Shown: positions 49,449 to 63,827, counted from the stretch's first letter. The stretch is DNA of 64,000 bases from Schmidtea nova (GCA_044892505.1 CM097882.1:209374001-209438000), one strand, 5' to 3'. The notes: generated by a model not told the origin, from the letters alone. Made by a program: numbers and translations.

Positions 49449-52400
49449 TCAATACAAATCTGAATTGGATATATAATTTGAATTGAGAGCTGGATCTGAA
49501 ACTGGAACACCAACCTGATCTTTTGATTGGTCTATAAACGAGCCACATCCCTTATAATGTCCGTATGCAAGACTTTCATTTTTATCAACCCAAAGTCTTT
49601 TATCATCAAGATTAGTCAAGGCAATTTTCGAATATTTATTAGTAAAGAGTTGATGATTCTTACTAACTATTCTCGACTGATCAACAGAAACTATTGAATT
49701 ATTATTATAACAATCCAGATACGACTGATGATTCAGTTTAGTATCCTTCAATGTTATACCCTTAGCCTTAATGCACTCTTCATCGCCTAAAAGACTATAA
49801 CACTTTGGTCTAAGGAATACCCACTCATCATACTTGAATCCTTTATTCTCGTCTTTGAATTTACCAATGACGGAATCTAGGTTCCTACTGTATAATGGGT
49901 GATTCGGATCATAATTAGAAGTGTCAAGTAAGTTATCTCTTATCATCGCAGGTAACAGAACATCTAACCTACAATTTCTAATCTCCAAGAAGAAAGAGTC
50001 AGTATCGCCTGCAACTATATTAATCTCACAGTTGAATTCATTACGATATTTTTGTAATTCTTCATACTGGAGTTGATACATCCTACGTTTCAACAAATCC
50101 AGTACAGTTTGACCAATGTAGCTGGGTCTATCTAAACACACAGAGTCCTTATTAAGCAAGACAGAAATTAGGTCATCGTCAATCCTATAAGTTTTTCTAA
50201 AAGTAGGTTTTGAAGTATATGTAATCAGTTTTGATGCTGAATTACATAGTCGTAAATTTAGTCGTTTCTTAAGATTTTCAACCGTTTTCCCATAAAGACT
50301 ATTATTCAAGAGTTTGTAATAGTTTTTATCTAAAGCCGTAGAAGATGCTGCTCTAAGTTCAGTGTTCGTATCAATATATTTTTTAAAGATGGGTTTCTGT
50401 TTGTACTGAACAGCCCGATGAACTCGTGTTATTTTAACACCCAAAGAAACAAAAAGCTTGAGAAGCCTCCAATGAACAACATAGTTGAACTTTGGATAAT
50501 GCGTCAGCATTAACTTCTCAACCTTTGAACCCGGAGCACACATTTTCTCTGCTGCTACCGGAAAATCATTTAATTTATCGTGAATTTCTGAAGGGATTTC
50601 AAGATCCACTTCAAAAGTCACGCCATAAGTCAAAATAGCCAAATCAGTATCCATTAATTTAATTAATTAATTTAATTTATTTTGATCTGTGATCCAACTA
50701 AATTCACCATAAGGTAATTTTTGACTTAAAGCCCACCCGTATAAATTATTTATGTCAATATATAAAAGTTCAGTCGTTTCGGAGGATACTACATGGTGCT
50801 TGTTGACAAATGTCAAACCACCACGGATCCCCCCTTCGAAAAAATTATAAATCTCCATATCCTGGAGCAATTCAATAGGTTCATCCAAGGTAATAAGCGC
50901 AGAAGCCCACGACATACCTGGAATCCCCAAGAAATTCAAAGGCTCAAGTCTATTGTGAGCTATAGATTTAGCCCTAAACTGTTGAAAGAAATCAGCAAGA
51001 AGAAAGACGTCAAGTTTTAAGTATATCATCATATAGTCACACAGAGTGTGACACTGGGATTCCCTCCAAATCACCAATGCCTTGTCATATTCGTCTTGTT
51101 TAACACCTTTCCAGATTGGTGGCAACTCATAAGTGTTGTTAAGAATTTCTAAAGATGTTGCAAAATCATAAGGAAAAATACCCTTACAGTCAACAATAGT
51201 CCCGGTGAATTCAGATCTAGTCAAAGGCAAACAAGTAAGAGTCTTAACAGCGTCATTTAAGCTAGAATTTACAAACTGACAAGAATCGATGAATTTAATT
51301 GTTAAATCGCCGACTCTTGCAGACAAAGTAAGGAATTTTTCACTCGTAGTTGGAATACATGATATTTTCCAAGTTGAAAAGTTAGCCAATCCATATTTAA
51401 GAATATGGTGCATGTCATAACCCTTTAAATTATGAAAAATAACGGGTAAAAACTTGTATAACCGACGGGATTGATTACAAGAATTACAAGCAGCTCCCAA
51501 AAATTCACCAGTGTAGTGATCATGGTCTCTGACTGGTTGTACTAAAGTTTTCCTACAAAGATAACAAATAGTAGCAGAATCAAAAGATTGTTGATTAGCC
51601 GCTGTCATAAAAAGAGGTTTCTTGTAATTAGTTCTATAAAAGGGATAAACAATAGTTTCAGAAATATCACTAATTTCAGTAAGAAAATTAGTAACGCAAT
51701 CAAGACCTAAGAAACTCTTGTAAATCTTTTCACCAGTGAAATTATTTACAAGTAAAAGACCGGCAGATATTGGGACATGTCTTTGAAAGTACTTATCATC
51801 AGCAGGTAAGATTGCCTCAAAATCGGCGTAAACAACAAAAGGTGGGGTAATTGTTTTGCTCCAATTACTAAATTGTAAATTTTTATTTCTAGGCAGAGTA
51901 TAAAGAGTTGTGCCTAATTGATTTTTAGCACACAACTGTTGATGACAATCGAATGCTTCCTGTTTTCGAAATCCATTCAAGCATCGATGACATCATATAC
52001 TTTGTACGCGAGCAACAGAAAGAGATTTATTGTCGTAATTTAAAAGCCTATCAATATCGGTAACTGCAATATAATGATATGCATCACCACTTTCCAACAA
52101 AATCAAGTTAATAGGAGTACCACCGACAACTTTTGACCTATGAATTATATCGACACAAGGGTGTTTAAAAACTTCAGGATTTGCCAAAGTATCAAGAAGA
52201 GCATCCTCATCATAAGAAAGAACGTTAATTGCAAGTCCAGGGTTTATAGCCTCAAATTTCGGAATATTACAAAGTCTCATGGGAATTAATTACATTTACT
52301 GTACAATGTTTCGCAACTAAAGATTGAGGGGTATTTATATGACCTCTACCACTCAATCGACTAATTTGGGCAAATTTAGTTAATACAAAATGAATTTCAT

Positions 52401-54112
52401 TAACTTTGTTAATAACCCAATTACTCCCTTTATCGTTAATTAATGCTATTTTTTCATTTAAAAGAGTGATACCTTCATCAAAAAAGTTATCACTCATGGG
52501 TCTCGCAGAATTTGAAATGATAAATGATTGAAATTCACCATCTTTTTCAAACTCTACATCAATGCAAAATTGTATTTTCACTGAACCCATCTCATTAATA
52601 ACATTATTTAATTTATTAATTAAAATATCAGGTAAAATTAAAGTTTTCAAAACCAAGTGAGAAACATCCATTTTTACAACAGCGTGAGATTTTCTCAAAT
52701 CAAATTTAACGTTAAGAAGAAGGGACCCACCATATTGAACATCTATGGTGTTAATGTCATTATTAAAACTTGTGTCAGAGTCGGAAAGAATATTCATATC
52801 GGACATTACCTCGTCAACTATATTACTTAATTTTCTAACTTTTGTAGGTAGTGGATTATCGATAAGGATTTTTCTTTTATTATTAATAATACTGTTATCA
52901 CTATTAATATCACTATTATTTATTGTTAAATTAAAAATCGATTTTTTCGAAGATCTAAATTTCCTTAAATGATCCTTATGGTCATCATAAAAGTTCAAAA
53001 AAGTCGAATTTTGGGTGGTCTTACATACGGGACATATAAAAAACGTGACTCCTTTATACGAATATCGGTAATATTTTCCCATTAATTCAATACATTTATT
53101 ATCATGAATTGATGATCGGCAAAATTTCGGAAAAAGTTTACCTTAAATATTAAAAAATAATTAAAAATAAATAAAAATAAATGACAAGTATTTTAATATT
53201 AAAATTAATGTCATTATACAATAATTAATTAATAATTACAATAATAAAAATTTAATTAAATAATTTAAATATTATGAAAAATAATATTAATTAATTTCAA
53301 TTATTATATTCTTAATTATATTTGTTTTAATAATAAGTTTTACTCAAAGATGTGAAATTTAAATTATTTACAAGTAATTTAAAAATATTAATTTAATATA
53401 ATAATTTTCATATAGAACACATTATTTACTATGATAGAAAATAAATTATTTATTAATAATTAATTTACAAAAACTTTAATTACTAAAACATTATTAAAAA
53501 AATAAATAAATAAATAAATAAATAAATAAAACAATAAGTAATAATAATCAATATTCAAATTAATTTTATATTCAAATTAATTAATTAATTATTATAAAAA
53601 ATTAGAATAATTATAATTAAAACTAGAATTGTTTTAATAATTAGTTATAAAATAAAAATTCAAATTCAAAAATTGTGAATAATTTTCAAAAATTAGTAAA
53701 CACTACAAAACTAATTAAAAAAAATAATTATTAATTTAAATAATATAGTTAATTATTTTAAGTTTTCATTAGTATTTATTAACTTATCAATGATAAATAT
53801 TACAAATCTCTTTGAATAATAAATAAAGATTATCCGTTAAATTACAAAATTGATAAAGAAAACTAATTATTAAATAATTTAAATTAATATTTATATACAA
53901 AGGTAATTAATTATAAATTGCAATCATTAAATAAATCGATATTTACAGTTATTTTCTTTTCTCTTTTCATCGTTAAGTTTATTTTTCATTAAACTATCCA
54001 TTGTTTCAGATGATTCAACATTTTTACCAATAACGTTGTTCATATTGTTGTCGACATCGTTGTTGTAATCGTTGTTCTTGGTAATATCCATATTATTGTT
54101 GGTATTGTTCAT
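49449..54112 (-). pseudogene. Protein-primed DNA polymerase B, left arm (2 in-frame stops + 128-bp deletion)
   Basis: ORFs 52267-53082, 51993-52280, 50667-51980, 49449-50654 plus upstream exon 53927-54112; lacks the bases equivalent to 58491-58618. Confidence 0.9.
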
Positions 54113-55350
54113 TTTATCTAAAATAAGTTGATTATTTAAAAACTTTAAAACAAAAATAACTTACCAAATTTAGGTTGCAGTAAAAAGTGATTCTTAAATG
54201 AAAAACTATTGTTTATATACTAAATTCAAAAATTTTTAACCAATCAAATTCGAGCAAACATACACACACGTTTGTAAATACCACAGTGTAATTTATTTTT
54301 ACAATAAATTTTTTTTTTTTTTTAAATTATTAAACACATAATTTATTGTTATAAATATATGTCATCAATTAATGTTAAATATAAATTATTATTAAAATAC
54401 AATGTAATAAATTAAGATTAATTTTAAAATTAAATTATACTAATAAATTATAAAAATTATTACAAGTAATTAAAATTAAATAAAAAAAAAATTAATTATT
54501 AGATAAATTGTAAATTAATTGAAATAAAAATTAATTAATTGAAATAAAAATTAATTAATTAAAATAAAAATTAATTAATTAAAAGTAAACTAATTATTCA
54601 CAAAGTTATTAGTTTTTACATAATGTATTACTGTAAAGAATTAGAATATAAATTGTTACAGTGAAAACACAATTAAAGTATCAAATAAAATCAATTATTT
54701 ACAACAAAACCCATATGTAACACGATAATTTGTAAATTTCTAATCAAACAATTTAGTGGAAAATTTATACATATAATGAAAACTCTAAAAAATTATTTTA
54801 AAATTACAAAAATAACAAGAAAAAATGTGTGCAACATGAAAAATGACTAATTTTATATTTTTATTTAAACCATTTTATAGGAAATTAAATTCTACATATA
54901 CACTGTTAATGTGAAAACTCATTATCTTTATTACAACATCAAAGAAAACCAATTAATAACAACAAAACGCGTGTGCAGCTCGCAAATCACAACATTTTGA
55001 ATTTTCAAGTTGGCCATCTTGTAGAGAATAAAATTCTGTCTATACATTGTTACAGCGAGAAAAACGAATAATTTCAATTTGAGGCATAAATAAATAAAAA
55101 AGAAAAATTTTAAATGTTGATAGTAGAGTAGGGGGAGCGCCCAAAAACAGGAACAGACCCCCTCCCCCCCTAAAAAATTTTTTTTACCCCCCCCCCCCGC
55201 AAAAAAAAATTGTTTAAATGAAGTGGATTTTTTAAATTTTTTATTTTGTTTAAATTAAGTGAATTTTTAATTTTTAATTTAGTTTAAATGAAGTGAATTT
55301 TTTAATTTTAATTTTTTGTTTAAATGAAGTCAATTTAATTTTATTATTTT

Positions 55351-55587
55351 NNNNNNNNNNNNNNNNNNNNNNNNNNNNNNNNNNNNNNNNNNNNNNNNNN
55401 NNNNNNNNNNNNNNNNNNNNNNNNNNNNNNNNNNNNNNNNNNNNNNNNNNNNNNNNNNNNNNNNNNNNNNNNNNNNNNNNNNNNNNNNNNNNNNNNNNNN
55501 NNNNNNNNNNNNNNNNNNNNNNNNNNNNNNNNNNNNNNNNNNNNNNNNNNNNNNNNNNNNNNNNNNNNNNNNNNNNNNNNNNNNNNN
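55351..55587. other. Assembly gap (237 N)
   Basis: N run at the centre of the palindrome; true size unknown. Confidence 1.
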
Positions 55588-56529
55588 TATTTTAATTTAT
55601 TTGTTTTTTTCGGGGGGGGGGTCTCTTCCTGTTCTTGGGCGCTCCCCCTACTCTACTATCAACATTTAAAATTTTTCTTTTTTCTTTATTTATGCCTCAA
55701 ATTGAAATTATTCGTTTTTCTCGCTGTAACAATGTATAGACAGAAATTTATTCTCTACAAGATGGCCAAAATGAAAATTTTAAATGTTGTGTTTTGCGCG
55801 CTACACACATGTTTTGTTGTTATTAATTGGTTTTCTTTAATGTTGTAATAAAGATAATGAGTTTTCACATTAACAGTGTATATGTAGAATTTAATTTCCT
55901 ATAAAATGGTTTAAATAAAAATATAAAATTAGTCATTTTTCATGTTGCACACATTTTTTCTTGTTATTTTTGTAATTTTAAAATAATTTTTTAGAGTTTT
56001 CATTATATGTATAAATTTTCCACTAAATTGTTTGATTAGAAATTTACAAATTATCGTGTTACATATGGGTTTTGTTGTAAATAATTGATTTTATTTGATA
56101 CTTTAATTGTGTTTTCACTGTAACAATTTATATTCTAATTCTTTACAGTAATACATTATGTAAAAACTAATAACTTTGTGAATAATTAGTTTACTTTTAA
56201 TTAATTAATTTTTATTTTAATTAATTAATTTTTATTTCAATTAATTAATTTTTATTTCAATTAATTTACAATTTATCTAATAATTAATTTTTTTTTTATT
56301 TAATTTTAATTACTTGTAATAATTTTTATAATTTATTAGTATAATTTAATTTTAAAATTAATCTTAATTTATTACATTGTATTTTAATAATAATTTATAT
56401 TTAACATTAATTGATGACATATATTTATAACAATAAATTATGTGTTTAATAATTTAAAAAAAAAAAAAAAAATTTATTGTAAAAATAAATTACACTGTGG
56501 TATTTACAAACGTGTGTGTATGTTTGCTC

Positions 56530-56590
56530 GAATTTGATTGGTTAAAAATTTTTGAATTTAGTATATAAACAATAGTTTTTCATTTAAGAA
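56530..56590 (+). promoter_or_regulatory. Putative Pol II promoter of pPolB
   Basis: GATTGG (inverted CCAAT), TATATAAA about 25 nt downstream, then TTTTCATTT Inr-like; mirrored in the left arm. Confidence 0.55.
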
Positions 56591-56668
56591 TCACTTTTTA
56601 CTGCAACCTAAATTTGGTAAGTTATTTTTGTTTTAAAGTTTTTAAATAATCAACTTATTTTAGATAAA

Positions 56669-59600
56669 ATGAACAATACCAACAATAATATGGATATTAC
56701 CAAGAACAACGATTACAACAACGATGTCGACAACAATATGAACAACGTTATTGGTAACAATGTTGAATCATCTGAAACAATGGATAGTTTAATGAAAAAT
56801 AAACTTAACGATGAAAAGAGAAAAGAAAATAACTGTAAGTATCGATTTATTTAATGATTGCAATTTATAATTAATTACCTTTGTATATAAATATTAATTT
56901 AAATTATTTAATAATTAGTTTTCTTTATCAATTTTGTAATTTAACGGGTAATCTTTATTTATTATTCAAAGAGATTTGTAATATTTATCATTGATAAGTT
57001 AATAAATACTAATGAAAACTTAAAATAATTAACTATATTATTTAAATTAATAATTATTTTTTTTAATTAGTTTTGTAGTGTTTACTAATTTTTGAAAATT
57101 ATTCACAATTTTTGAATTTGAATTTTTATTTTATAACTAATTATTAAAACAATTCTAGTTTTAATTATAATTATTCTAATTTTTTATAATAATTAATTAA
57201 TTAATTTGAATATAAAATTAATTTGAATATTGATTATTATTACTTATTGTTTTATTTATTTATTTATTTATTTTTTTAATAATGTTTTAGTAATTAAAGT
57301 TTTTGTAAATTAATTATTAATAAATAATTTATTTTCTATCATAGTAAATAATGTGTTCTATATGAAAATTATTATATTAAATTAATATTTTTAAATTACT
57401 TGTAAATAATTTAAATTTCACATCTTTGAGTAAAACTTATTATTAAAACAAATATAATTAAGAATATAATAATTGAAATTAATTAATATTATTTTTCATA
57501 ATATTTAAATTATTTAATTAAATTTTTATTATTGTAATTATTAATTAATTATTGTATAATGACATTAATTTTAATATTAAAATACTTGTCATTTATTTTA
57601 ATTTATTTTTAATTATTTTTTAATATTTAAGGTAAACTTTTTCCGAAATTTTGCCGATCATCAATTCATGATAATAAATGTATTGAATTAATGGGAAAAT
57701 ATTACCGATATTCGTATAAAGGAGTCACGTTTTTTATATGTCCCGTATGTAAGACCACCCAAAATTCGACTTTTTTGAACTTTTATGATGACCATAAGGA
57801 TCATTTAAGGAAATTTAGATCTTCGAAAAAATCGATTTTTAATTTAACAATAAATAATAGTGATATTAATAGTGATAACAGTATTATTAATAATAAAAGA
57901 AAAATCCTTATCGATAATCCACTACCTACAAAAGTTAGAAAATTAAGTAATATAGTTGACGAGGTAATGTCTGATATGAATATTCTTTCCGACTCTGACA
58001 CAAGTTTTAATAATGACATTAACACCATAGATGTTCAATATGGTGGGTCCCTTCTTCTTAACGTTAAATTTGATTTGAGAAAATCTCACGCTGTTGTAAA
58101 AATGGATGTTTCTCACTTGGTTTTGAAAACTTTAATTTTACCTGATATTTTAATTAATAAATTAAATAATGTTATTAATGAGATGGGTTCAGTGAAAATA
58201 CAATTTTGTATTGATGTAGAGTTTGAAAAAGATGGTGAATTTCAATCATTTATCATTTCAAATTCTGCGAGACCCATGAGTGATAACTTTTTTGATGAAG
58301 GTATCACTCTTTTAAATGAAAAAATAGCATTAATTAACGATAAAGGGAGTAATTGGGTTATTAACAAAGTTAATGAAATTCATTTTGTATTAACTAAATT
58401 TGCCCAAATTAGTCGATTGAGTGGTAGAGGTCATATAAATACCCCTCAATCTTTAGTTGCGAAACATTGTACAGTAAATGTAATTAATTCCGATGATTTA
58501 TGTTTCATTTATAGTATTTTAGCTATTTTGAAATATGATGAGGTAACTGATCGTAATAATAGAAATAGAGCAAATAATTATAATATTTCTGATCTTGACT
58601 TTGACCCTTCAGAAATGCCCATGAGACTTTGTAATATTCCGAAATTTGAGGCTATAAACCCTGGACTTGCAATTAACGATCTTTCTTATGATGAGGATGC
58701 TCTTCTTGATACTTTGGCAAATCCTGAAGTTTTTAAACACCCTTGTGTCGATATAATTCATAGGTCAAAAGTTGTCGGTGGTACTCCTATTAACTTGATT
58801 TTGTTGGAAAGTGGTGATGCATATCATTATATTGCAGTTGCCGATATTGATAGGCTTTTAAATTACGACAATAAATCTCTTTCTGTTGCTCGCGTACAAA
58901 GTATATGATGTCATCGATGCTTGAATGGATTTCGAAAACAGGAAGCATTCGATTGTCATCAACAGTTGTGTGCTAAAAATCAATTAGGCACAACTCTTTA
59001 TACTCTGCCTAGAAATAAAAATTTACAATTTAGTAATTGGGGCAAAACAATTACCCCACCTTTTGTTGTTTACGCCGATTTTGAGGCAATCTTACCTGCT
59101 GATGATAAGTACTTTCAAAGACATGTCCCAATATCTGCCGGTCTTTTACTTGTAAATAATTTCACTGGTGAAAAGATTTACAAGAGTTTCTTAGGTCTTG
59201 ATTGCGTTACTAATTTTCTTACTGAAATTAGTGATATTTCTGAAACTATTGTTTATCCCTTTTATAGAACTAATTACAAGAAACCTCTTTTTATGACAGC
59301 GGCTAATCAACAATCTTTTGATTCTGCTACTATTTGTTATCTTTGTAGGAAAACTTTAGTACAACCAGTCAGAGACCATGATCACTACACTGGTGAATTT
59401 TTGGGAGCTGCTTGTAATTCTTGTAATCAATCCCGTCGGTTATACAAGTTTTTACCCGTTATTTTTCATAATTTAAAGGGTTATGACATGCACCATATTC
59501 TTAAATATGGATTGGCTAACTTTTCAACTTGGAAAATATCATGTATTCCAACTACGAGTGAAAAATTCCTTACTTTGTCTGCAAGAGTCGGCGATTTAAC

Positions 59601-61452
59601 AATTAAATTCATCGATTCTTGTCAGTTTGTAAATTCTAGCTTAAATGACGCTGTTAAGACTCTTACTTGTTTGCCTTTGACTAGATCTGAATTCACCGGG
59701 ACTATTGTTGACTGTAAGGGTATTTTTCCTTATGATTTTGCAACATCTTTAGAAATTCTTAACAACACTTATGAGTTGCCACCAATCTGGAAAGGTGTTA
59801 AACAAGACGAATATGACAAGGCATTGGTGATTTGGAGGGAATCCCAGTGTCACACTCTGTGTGACTATATGATGATATACTTAAAACTTGACGTCTTTCT
59901 TCTTGCTGATTTCTTTCAACAGTTTAGGGCTAAATCTATAGCTCACAATAGACTTGAGCCTTTGAATTTCTTGGGGATTCCAGGTATGTCGTGGGCTTCT
60001 GCGCTTATTACCTTGGATGAACCTATTGAATTGCTCCAGGATATGGAGATTTATAATTTTTTCGAAGGGGGGATCCGTGGTGGTTTGACATTTGTCAACA
60101 AGCACCATGTAGTATCCTCCGAAACGACTGAACTTTTATATATTGACATAAATAATTTATACGGGTGGGCTTTAAGTCAAAAATTACCTTATGGTGAATT
60201 TAGTTGGATCACAGATCAAAATAAATTAAATTAATTAATTAAATTAATGGATACTGATTTGGCTATTTTGACTTATGGCGTGACTTTTGAAGTGGATCTT
60301 GAAATCCCTTCAGAAATTCACGATAAATTAAATGATTTTCCGGTAGCAGCAGAGAAAATGTGTGCTCCGGGTTCAAAGGTTGAGAAGTTAATGCTGACGC
60401 ATTATCCAAAGTTCAACTATGTTGTTCATTGGAGGCTTCTCAAGCTTTTTGTTTCTTTGGGTGTTAAAATAACACGAGTTCATCGGGCTGTTCAGTACAA
60501 ACAGAAACCCATCTTTAAAAAATATATTGATACGAACACTGAACTTAGAGCAGCATCTTCTACGGCTTTAGATAAAAACTATTACAAACTCTTGAATAAT
60601 AGTCTTTATGGGAAAACGGTTGAAAATCTTAAGAAACGACTAAATTTACGACTATGTAATTCAGCATCAAAACTGATTACATATACTTCAAAACCTACTT
60701 TTAGAAAAACTTATAGGATTGACGATGACCTAATTTCTGTCTTGCTTAATAAGGACTCTGTGTGTTTAGATAGACCCAGATACATTGGTCAAACTGTACT
60801 GGATTTGTCGAAACTTAGGATGTATCAACTCCAGTATGAAGAATTACAAAAATATCGTAATGAATTCAACTGTGAGATTAATATAGTTGCATGCGATACT
60901 GACTCTTTCTTCTTGGAGATTAGAAATTGTAGGTTAGATGTTCTGTTACCTGCGATGATAAGAGATAACTTACTTGACACTTCTAATTATGATCCGAATC
61001 ACCCATTATACAGTAGGAACCTAGATTCCGTCATTGGTAAATTCAAAGACGAGAATAAAGGATTCATGTATGATGAGTGGGTATTCCTTAGACCAAAGTG
61101 TTATAGTCTTTTAGGCGATGAAGAGTGCATTAAGGCTAAGGGTATAACATTGAAGGATACTAAACTGAATCATCAGTCGTATCTGGATTGTTATAATAAT
61201 AATTCAATAGTTTCTGTTGATCAGTCGAGAATAGTTAGTAAGAATCATCAACTCTTTACTAATAAATATTCGAAAATTGCCTTGACTAATCTTGATGATA
61301 AAAGACTTTGGGTTGATAAAAATGAAAGTCTTGCATACGGACATTATAAGGGATGTGGCTCGTTTATAGACCAATCAAAAGATCAGGTTGGTGTTCCAGT
61401 TTCAGATCCAGCTCTCAATTCAAATTATATATCCAATTCAGATTTGTATTGA
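56669..61452 (+). pseudogene. Protein-primed DNA polymerase B (Polinton-type, EndoVII-like + exonuclease + polymerase), putatively spliced; in-frame stops at 58906-08 and 60232-34
   Basis: CYLC...VRDHDHYTGEFLGAACNSCN, VIFHNLKGYD, YIDINNLYGWA, KLLNNSLYGK, DTDS, KCY; three ORFs all in frame 1; candidate intron 56835-57631. Confidence 0.92.
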
Positions 61453-62764
61453 ATAAAACTTTGTTAAAAAATAATTGGTTTCATTATATTTAGTTTTATA
61501 TTTCTTTAGACTGTTATGATTAATTGTTTTTAAAAATTTTATGTGTTGTCCAGATTTGAATTGGTTTTATCGTTCAGGGTTTTCACCTGATTAGTGTAAT
61601 ATTTTAAGGATTTGTGTAATTCGTTTTTATTTATTGTAAAAATAATTGTTTTTGTTTACAAATATTAATAAATTTCATCTGTTCTTGCAGTTGCACTCTG
61701 TTGAATCGTCTTTAAAATTTTGACTATTGTCACAATTCTCGAATTAATTCCATCTGTTTTCATAGTTGCCACATTCGATTTTCTAAAGTTATCAGTTAAA
61801 AAAACAATTACTCAAAATGTTAGCCAGTACATTCAAACAAAAATTTCATTTAATTAAGTAAAGAACATGTTTTCGTTTGTGGTACGGATAATAATTAATA
61901 TGTTGTGTATTTTGACGTTACCAACAGTAGTCATGGGGGTTACACAATGGTGTGTTTATCTTAGCAATAGTTACTTCAGGACTTAAATATTAACATGTGT
62001 GGTTACCTTAGCAATAGTGACAGGGAGACTATACTTTAATGTGTGTATTTACCCCGGGACTATATATTGATCTGTGTGTTTACCTTAACTATATCTTCCC
62101 CAGGACTATATATTGATGTGTGTGTGTTAACTTTAGCAACATCTGGCTATATGAATATATATATATATATATATTGATGTGTGTGTGTGTTTACCCTGGA
62201 AACAGGTTCCTCAGTGAATATATAATGATGTGTGTGTGTTTACCTTAACTACAGGTTCCTTGGGGACTCTTTATACGCGCGTGTTTATCTTAGCAACAGA
62301 TTCCAATGCACTACACTTTAATGTGCGTATTTACCCTAGCAATATCTTCCCGGTAATTATATATTAATGTGTGTGCTTACCTTAGCAATAACTGCCTCGA
62401 GGAATATTTTGATGTGTGTGTGTTTACCCTGGCAACAGGTTCATCGGGGAATATATATTGATGTGTGTTTACCCTAGCAACACCTGCATTGAGGAATATC
62501 TTGATGTGTGTATTTACCTTAGCAACATCTCCCCGGTAATTATATAGTAATGTGTGTGCTTACCTTAGCAATACCTGTCTCGAGGAATATTTTGATGTGT
62601 GTGTGTTTACCCTGGCAACAGGTTCATCGGGGAATATATATATTGATGTGTGTGCACGTTCACCCTGACCACACCTGAATTGAGGAATATCTTGATGTGT
62701 GTATTTACCCTAGCAACCGTTGCTAGTTGAAAAAAGTGGGGCTGTGCGCTCACTTTCCCCTACT

Positions 62765-63281
62765 AACTGTTCTCTGCACTCTTGCGTTAGGGTAGGTGTC
62801 CCAATGGGAAATCTCCTTTTCTGATAAGCAAGAAAATCGTGTAATTCTGGATTCTAACCTTTAGCTCTCTCTTTCAGGTTTTTTGATTGCCGCTTCTGTT
62901 TTTTCACGACAAAGTTTGGTCCCGCAAAACTGGCGATATCAACAATTTGCTCTCAGTTTATATATTGACTTTCCCTTTCATCCTATCTCCTTAATTTAAT
63001 CTGTCAAAACAAAATAATAACATTTTTTGTCGTTAAATAACTTAATTTGAAGAAATTGGGTTTTCCACCGGGTTTAACTTATTTTGGGCTAATTGGTTTT
63101 TTGACTTTTCCCGGAGAATCCTTTAACCATTCAATTCTCTTGAATAATCTAATAATTTTGTTGATGCCCCGGGTTTCCCATTAACATGTGCTTCCCATTA
63201 GCTTGGGTTCTCTAATTAACTAATAAATTATTTATTAATTTTTAATTAATTTTTATTTATCGAATATATTTTTCTGGGGAC

Positions 63282-63346
<65 letters not shown>

Positions 63347-63544
63347 CCATATTTGAATTCGTCTCATCACTTGGCATCTTCCCATGCCAGCTTTCTTCGT
63401 TAAATCTTTATTTTGGATTTTTATAGATTTTATTTATTTTTGTACTTTCATTATTACTTTCGAATTTTGTAACTTTTAATTAATTTGCACTAAGTTTTTG
63501 TGCTAATTCATTTTATTTCCATGTTTGTTTACACAACCACAACA
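62765..63544 (-). repeat. 5' part of the solo LTR split by the pPolB element
   Basis: Reverse complement matches 39871-40131 plus 40879-41305; ends CCACAACA followed by AACT; contains a (TA)n run at ~63287-63345. Confidence 0.85.
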
Positions 63545-63637
63545 AACTTGTATTTGTTATTTATTTGTTAATTAATTAATTAATATTATTTATTTATTTT
63601 TATTTATTTATTTATCATTTTAATGATTATTTATTTA

Positions 63638-63752
63638 CCGGAGTTTACCGAAAATAAGATCAGGGGTAATATTAAGAAAAATGGGGTTTTTAAGAGTTTT
63701 TAATAAGACCATGATCTTATTTTCGCGGGGTCTTATTTTCGGTAAACTTCGG
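63638..63752. mobile_element. ~115-bp MITE (pogo/Tc-like)
   Basis: TIR CCGGAGTTTACCGAAAATAAGA / TCTTATTTTCGGTAAACTTCGG with TA on both sides. Confidence 0.75.
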
Positions 63753-63827
63753 TAATACTTATTTTTAATGTTTTTATTTATTTTTATTGATAACCGCTAA
63801 TATATTATCTTAATAAAATTTGAAGCA

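Larger units (their letters stand above)
48133..62764. mobile_element. Palindromic Polinton/Maverick-like element, two ~7-kb inverted arms each carrying pPolB
   Basis: AGTAGGG...CCCTACT termini; arms are near-identical reverse complements meeting at the N gap; no integrase, ATPase, protease or capsid ORF visible. Confidence 0.8.

Noticed and set aside
55293-55595. ORF spanning the gap
   Set aside because: Artefact of the N run.
58900-60250. Alternative flatworm mitochondrial code (TGA=W, TAA=Y) or mitochondrial plasmid origin explaining the pPolB stops
   Set aside because: Conserved motifs use AGA as Arg (VRDHD) and AAA as Lys (KLLNNSLYGK), Trp is TGG elsewhere, and splice signals are nuclear.
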